This document shows, in pieces, positions 59,071-64,000 of a stretch of 64,000 nucleotides of DNA. Under the pieces are notes generated by a model, which was not told where the DNA came from, ran no database searches, and saw nothing but the letters and a program-made list of their open reading frames with translations. The position numbers were made by a program, and so were the translations under genes. How positions within the stretch are numbered: the first letter of the stretch is position 1; the number at the start of each line of letters is the position of its first letter. This DNA is from Anthoceros angustus (Eukaryota; Plantae; Anthocerotophyta). The DNA is taken from the NCBI GenBank assembly GCA_010909165.1, contig MU008173.1, forward strand, positions 372,001 to 436,000. The letters run 5' to 3'.

Positions 59071-59799
59071 AGCTCCGCAGCCGGGCTGGTGTTTGGATTG
59101 GACTGCTGGTCGAGTGAACAGCGTAAGGCAGAGACAGCCGGTTTGGATATGCTAACCCCGGTCGCACTGCCGGTTAAACCACCCTGGTCCAGTTAACACA
59201 AAAATTGTGAATAGACGAATGAACACAACCTAATTGCGTCCAGGACCCCAGGCCACAACTTGACTGCAAGTTGTTCCGTTTCTTGGTTGAGTGTAAGAAT
59301 CAGCTGCCTGAAGTTGCAACCTCCGCGCCTTCTCTTCTCCACGAGCAGTACAGGAGGCGCAAATGTGGACCGGCAACCGGCTCCAGGGTAAGAGTGCGGA
59401 CTAGGGTGTGATTTGTGCTTGCTGCGGTGTTGTGATGGGATCAGTCGACCGCGTTGGAGCTGAGCGCCAAGGTTTCAACAACATTACATGCTGTACCGTG
59501 CCTTCGATGAATGAAGAAGGATACATTTCAAATGAAGCTTACAGATCGCCTAGCATTCCTGTTTGAAATATCAAACTCGATCAGAATTAGCTACTCGCAC
59601 ATGGGCTTCAATATGTATGTACATGCACACTACCTACACAAGCTGTGGTTGGTAGCATACAAGAAATTAGCTGTGTGCACTTCTACATTACAGTCATGAT
59701 CTTACCTTGTCAGGACCGAGCTACAGTTGCTACTGTTACACTTTATCTGGACAACGTTGCTTTCACCCTTCCTGGTGAGGGGATCCTGCTGCCACCTGC

Positions 59800-62700
59800 T
59801 TACAAGGACCTGTTGACGAGGTTGGAGGATCTGCTCATGAGGGCATAGGTCTGATCCCGGGCACTCTCCTGGATGTCTTGGAAATTGTCCTCCAACTGAA
59901 CATTAGACAGGCTGACCTTGTGTGCTCCACCACCAGCTTCGGCCATCCGTTTCAGAAGCTCAGCACTTGATGTCCCAAAACTCACGGTGTAGAAGCTCAT
60001 TGTAGGCACTTTCTCCTTCAGTTTTTTCACAGCTTCCACGGGATCTCCACCTTCTTCACTCTGACCATCACTGAGAAAGAAGACTGTAGTGCTCTCTCTC
60101 GTCATCCTTGCATCAGTCGTATTGATCAGTCTCTCCACCCCATTCACCGCGTTCTCGAAGTTTGTCCCAGTTTCTGGGTGTTGACTTAGCAATTGGCTCT
60201 GCAACTTCCGGTACAATCCCGGGTTCAGGTGCTCATGGGCATCGAGAAGCATGATCTTCAGCGAGAATAGGATGACTGAGATGTAGTCCACTACAGTGTA
60301 GCTGGTGGTATCCTCGGCCTCCAGAGCACGGTTACTTAGAAACTTCAGCAGAGCTTCAAAGACACAGCCTAGCCGGTTGTTGTGATGCCGGGCAAAAGGC
60401 ATAAACTCTGGCCTGATATCTTGCTTTGCCATGGACCGGGACCTGTCTATGACAAATATCATATGGTTGGGGTACACTAGCTCATGCTGACAGCTGAAGT
60501 AGTGGCCATCGGTGCTCACATATCCCGTGGGATCAGGCGACATGTCAACCCGCTCATGCCACTGTCTGAGTTTGCAATAAGATCTGCGGCCGTTGGCATA
60601 CGCATGAAAAAGCTGAGAATCAAACTCTCCAGAAAAGGAGTTGTCATTACCGTGGTCTTCTGATGACCGGCAATAGTGGTTACAGCCAGCAAAATATTGT
60701 TGCTCCTTTGCATTGTAAGGATCCTTGAATCCCATCTGCTCGAAAAAGGCGGCATGCGTAAGCTCGTCCTTGGGAACATCGAAATTTGGGCCATATCTCC
60801 TTGTTTCGTGCCTTGCTCCATCAAAGAGTTGAGCTGCACAGACACCACCAGTTTGCCCACATGGAATCAAGTGTATGTGACCACGGCCTTGTTTTCGGCA
60901 GTACGTGCTGCACAATTCTGCCATGCCTGATTCGCCCCAAGAATACTTCCTATCCATTACATCGATATCCTCCTCCTCCGCAACGAAGCTCATTTCTCGC
61001 ATGTTGCCATGGGTGGTGTCATGAAGTCCTGGGTGCCCCATTGGCAATCTGCAGAAGTAGCCGCATGAGCCACATTTCGCGTCACATAAGTGCACAACCG
61101 AGAGATTCGAGGAGTGACAATGTGATCCCTCGTGAGATCTCTGGAATGCTGGAATCATCATGGAACACTTCTTTCTGACCCCATATTGCTGGGAAACAGT
61201 TTCATACTGAAATTCTGATCGCAAGCCGTGAAAGGTATTGTCATCCCTCACTCTCGTCACCTCTGTCTCCACGTCACAGTTGCCTGGCACTTCACAAAGC
61301 TCTGGGCATGGATGCTCATTGCCACAAAGGTGATCAGCATCTGGTTGCATAGAATGGAAGTGATCCGATGAACACATGTAATTGCAGCCCGAAACAACAC
61401 AGCTTTCCAGGCATCGCCTTTCGTCACAAGCATGCTTATGCTCCCGAACTTCTTGGGGTGGGCAGCCTTCCATAGAAAAGGAACAGGAGTTCATACAAGA
61501 AGTCAGTGAACAAGGTTCCTGACAGAGGTGGCGCACAGAATTACACCTGTGCTCACCTTTGTGCCCTGGTCTCGCTGCACATTTGCTGTTGCAGCCAAGT
61601 GTGCGGGCATCAAACACACAGGCATGCCTACACTCATGTTGCTTTGTGTTACAGTCATGGAAGCCTGTATGCCCTGCCACATCACTACAGCCCCGAATAT
61701 CAGTGCCCTCAGCCCCATCTGCTCCACAATATGTACATTTCTGTAGGCATTTGTGGTTTCCTTGACAAGAGTGACTGGCTGCATGCGATTTCCTCATTAT
61801 GCACTTCAAGAAACAACGCTCACATTTTGCTCCACAGAGTACTAGGCCATGTTCAATGCTCACAAGCATGGCACCAGCTTCCATTTCTAGCTTCTGAACG
61901 TCACTGTCCCCTGTGAACTCCCTCGTATTGACTTCCAGCCACTTACGCACGCGAACTCTCCTTCGAGCTACCAAACATGCCAAGAACCTCTCAAATGCTA
62001 AGAACCATGCGTCCACATCGAAGTCATCACGATCAACCTGGTTTCTAAATGCATCTCGAAGCGGTGGAAGAACACCTGTGAAATCTTCCGAGGTTGAGAC
62101 AAGCTTGAGCCTTGTATCCTCCAAAGTGAACACAAGTCTTGTGCCAGAGAAGTCTATCTCTACAGAGACGTCTTCAATCTCTTCCATCGTGTCCAGATTT
62201 GTCAACACACCATTGTTTGCACAGCCCACATTAACAGCCTGCTTTAGATGCTTGCGCAGAATGCCCAAACGCAGCGCTTCCGCTTTGAGTCTATAGGGCC
62301 CCAGTCTTTGGTTGATACCTGTGCTATGAAGAGCTTCAAGTCTCTGAGAAAGTTGGCTCCATCCTTATAGCTTGGCTTCAACCTTCTCAAAACATCTGCA
62401 ACATCACCAATGCTACCAAAAAGGACGGCAGCAAAGATCTTCCATCGGCAGGATTACCAGTCCACTGCCGTACAGTTTGGACAAAAATGAACTGCCATTC
62501 CGCTTACAGCAATCGTCGATTTTGTCCTGGAAGTCATCACAGATGTCATCAGCATTATTACCAGCGACATCCTTCAGCACTATGCAGAGCATTCCCTTGA
62601 AAAGCTGCTGGTCATCCTGAACCAAAGCCACTGCGTTCTGTAGCCTATGCAGGATCCGCTCCATCTCTTTATCGAAGCTGGGATCCTGCATTCCACAATG

Positions 62701-64000
62701 ATGTTTAGATAAGGGGGAAATGCCAGCCAGACTTACACATGCACTCTTCCCAATTTTTGGTTGATAATGGAAACAAGCACAAATGGACACCATCATGACC
62801 AACTTAAGAACATTCAAAGACATGCCTTTTTATTGTAGATGGTGATGCTGCTAACAGCAGCACTCAGTAGTGACAGCAGAGTATCCTCCTGCGCAGTCCG
62901 TTCAGGGCTTTCAAGACCCTCAAAGTCCAATAAAATGTACAGGCACCCATCGTCTCCTTGCCGAGAAGACAGCCAGATACCATCTGTACAACGAACAGCG
63001 GCCACATCAAAGAGTGAACCAAATACATGGTTGAGTAGGTAGGACTTGCCGCTGCTCTGCTTCCCCATTGATGAAACTACCTTGACCCCACCCCTCCAGT
63101 TTCCGATTAAATCATCGTACAAGCCAAACCTCATGGTCTTGACTAAAGCCAACACATTAGCACTCTCAGATTCCACGGAGACTTGTCTGAGCCCATCAGA
63201 GCATGAAGTCAACCCGTTGCGCTCAGCTCGAGCAATCTGAATGGGCACCAGACACACGAGATCCTGGATCCACTTACTCATACTAACGGCACAAGATTCA
63301 TGTGTGTCCACTCCAGAGAGCAGAAACTGATCCACATCGCATGATGAGTAGGAAATAGTCCAGTCAGAAAAGTTCTTACCCCTGGAGTTTTCCAGGTTTC
63401 CTATCAGTTGCTCAATATGCTCAATGGCCCTGTCTATGCCTTCGGCCAATCCCATATGCAGAACAGTAAACTTCACAAGCTTCTTACGATGAACAAGGGG
63501 GCTTGTTACCGCATACTTCTCAAAAGTGAGCGGCACATAAGCCAAGGGTGAGTATCTCCTCCCTCTCTCGTTGTCTCTTATCACCCCGGTGTCCTGCCTT
63601 CTCAGCCCGGATGTCTGTGGGACTGTTACAACAGCAGAAAAGACAGTTCCTGGATCACTGCTATCATGAAGAATCAGCTGCACCTGTGACCCAAACAAAA
63701 CTGTTCGCGCGAACACCTTCTAGCCTGTCTACCTTCATATCAGCCAGGACAATGGACTTGATTGCAGACACTGTGTCAGCACCCAACAGATACACATGCA
63801 CAACAATGCTGCTATTTCCATGTTCTGTCGTCTGGTCAGCAAGCACCAACAGGCATGACCCATCAGGTGTAAGACAGGTGGCATCAGGGTAGATTGGGAA
63901 AGGCAGTTTAATGTGTTTACCATCCTTGCACTTGCCATCTTCCAGTACCCAAAGGTTATGTTCAGCATCAGCCACAACAATTTCATGGCCACTTGCAAGC
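59800..64000 (-). CDS. Very large protein: GB1/RHD3/VLIG-type GTPase + helical region + Cys/His-rich repeats + C-terminal VWA domain (5' end outside the window; three frameshifts as assembled)
   Basis: P-loop VVSSMGKQSSGKSYLLNHVFG (~63042-63066), RCTDGIW, LDFEGLESPERTAQEDTLL; ~440 aa of C-x3-C/H-x-C repeats (~60500-61840); VWA MIDAS FVIDRSRSM (~60430-60455), GTNFENA, FFLSDG, YTVSFG. Frameshifts near 63705, 62420 and 62280; probable GC-AG intron 62825-62686. Confidence 0.8.

Noticed and set aside
59800-64000. Calling the large GTPase RHD3/atlastin or an NLR
   Set aside because: No C-terminal transmembrane hairpin (it ends in Cys-rich repeats and a VWA domain), and the motifs are GTPase G1/G3 rather than NB-ARC.

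Overview
Eukaryotic land-plant nuclear DNA with short GT-AG introns and nuclear-encoded plastid proteins. The compact gene layout suggests a bryophyte or lycophyte such as a hornwort, but that is inference only. The first ~46 kb is a transposon nest. A decayed Ty3/gypsy LTR retrotransposon (~530-26888) has its integrase split by two ~11.7-kb CMC/CACTA-type DNA transposons inserted 211 bp apart. One has unusual CCCTA termini with a CAT target-site duplication; the other is a canonical CACTA element with an AGG duplication and a degenerate TnpD transposase. After this come several fragments of a CRE-like (restriction-like endonuclease) non-LTR retrotransposon family, degenerate telomere-like repeats, a 78-bp minisatellite and an isolated plastid RPL19 gene. 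Many 0.4-2.4 kb tandem duplications with indel-rich copies may be long-read assembly artefacts. From ~46.9 kb the window is gene-dense: HRD1 ERAD E3 ligase, two intronless F-box genes, an RluA-type pseudouridine synthase pseudogene, a DUF760/At3g17800-like gene and plastid RPL27. Running off the right edge is a very large gene encoding a GB1/RHD3/VLIG-type GTPase fused to Cys/His-rich repeats and a C-terminal VWA domain, which is the most unusual feature here.
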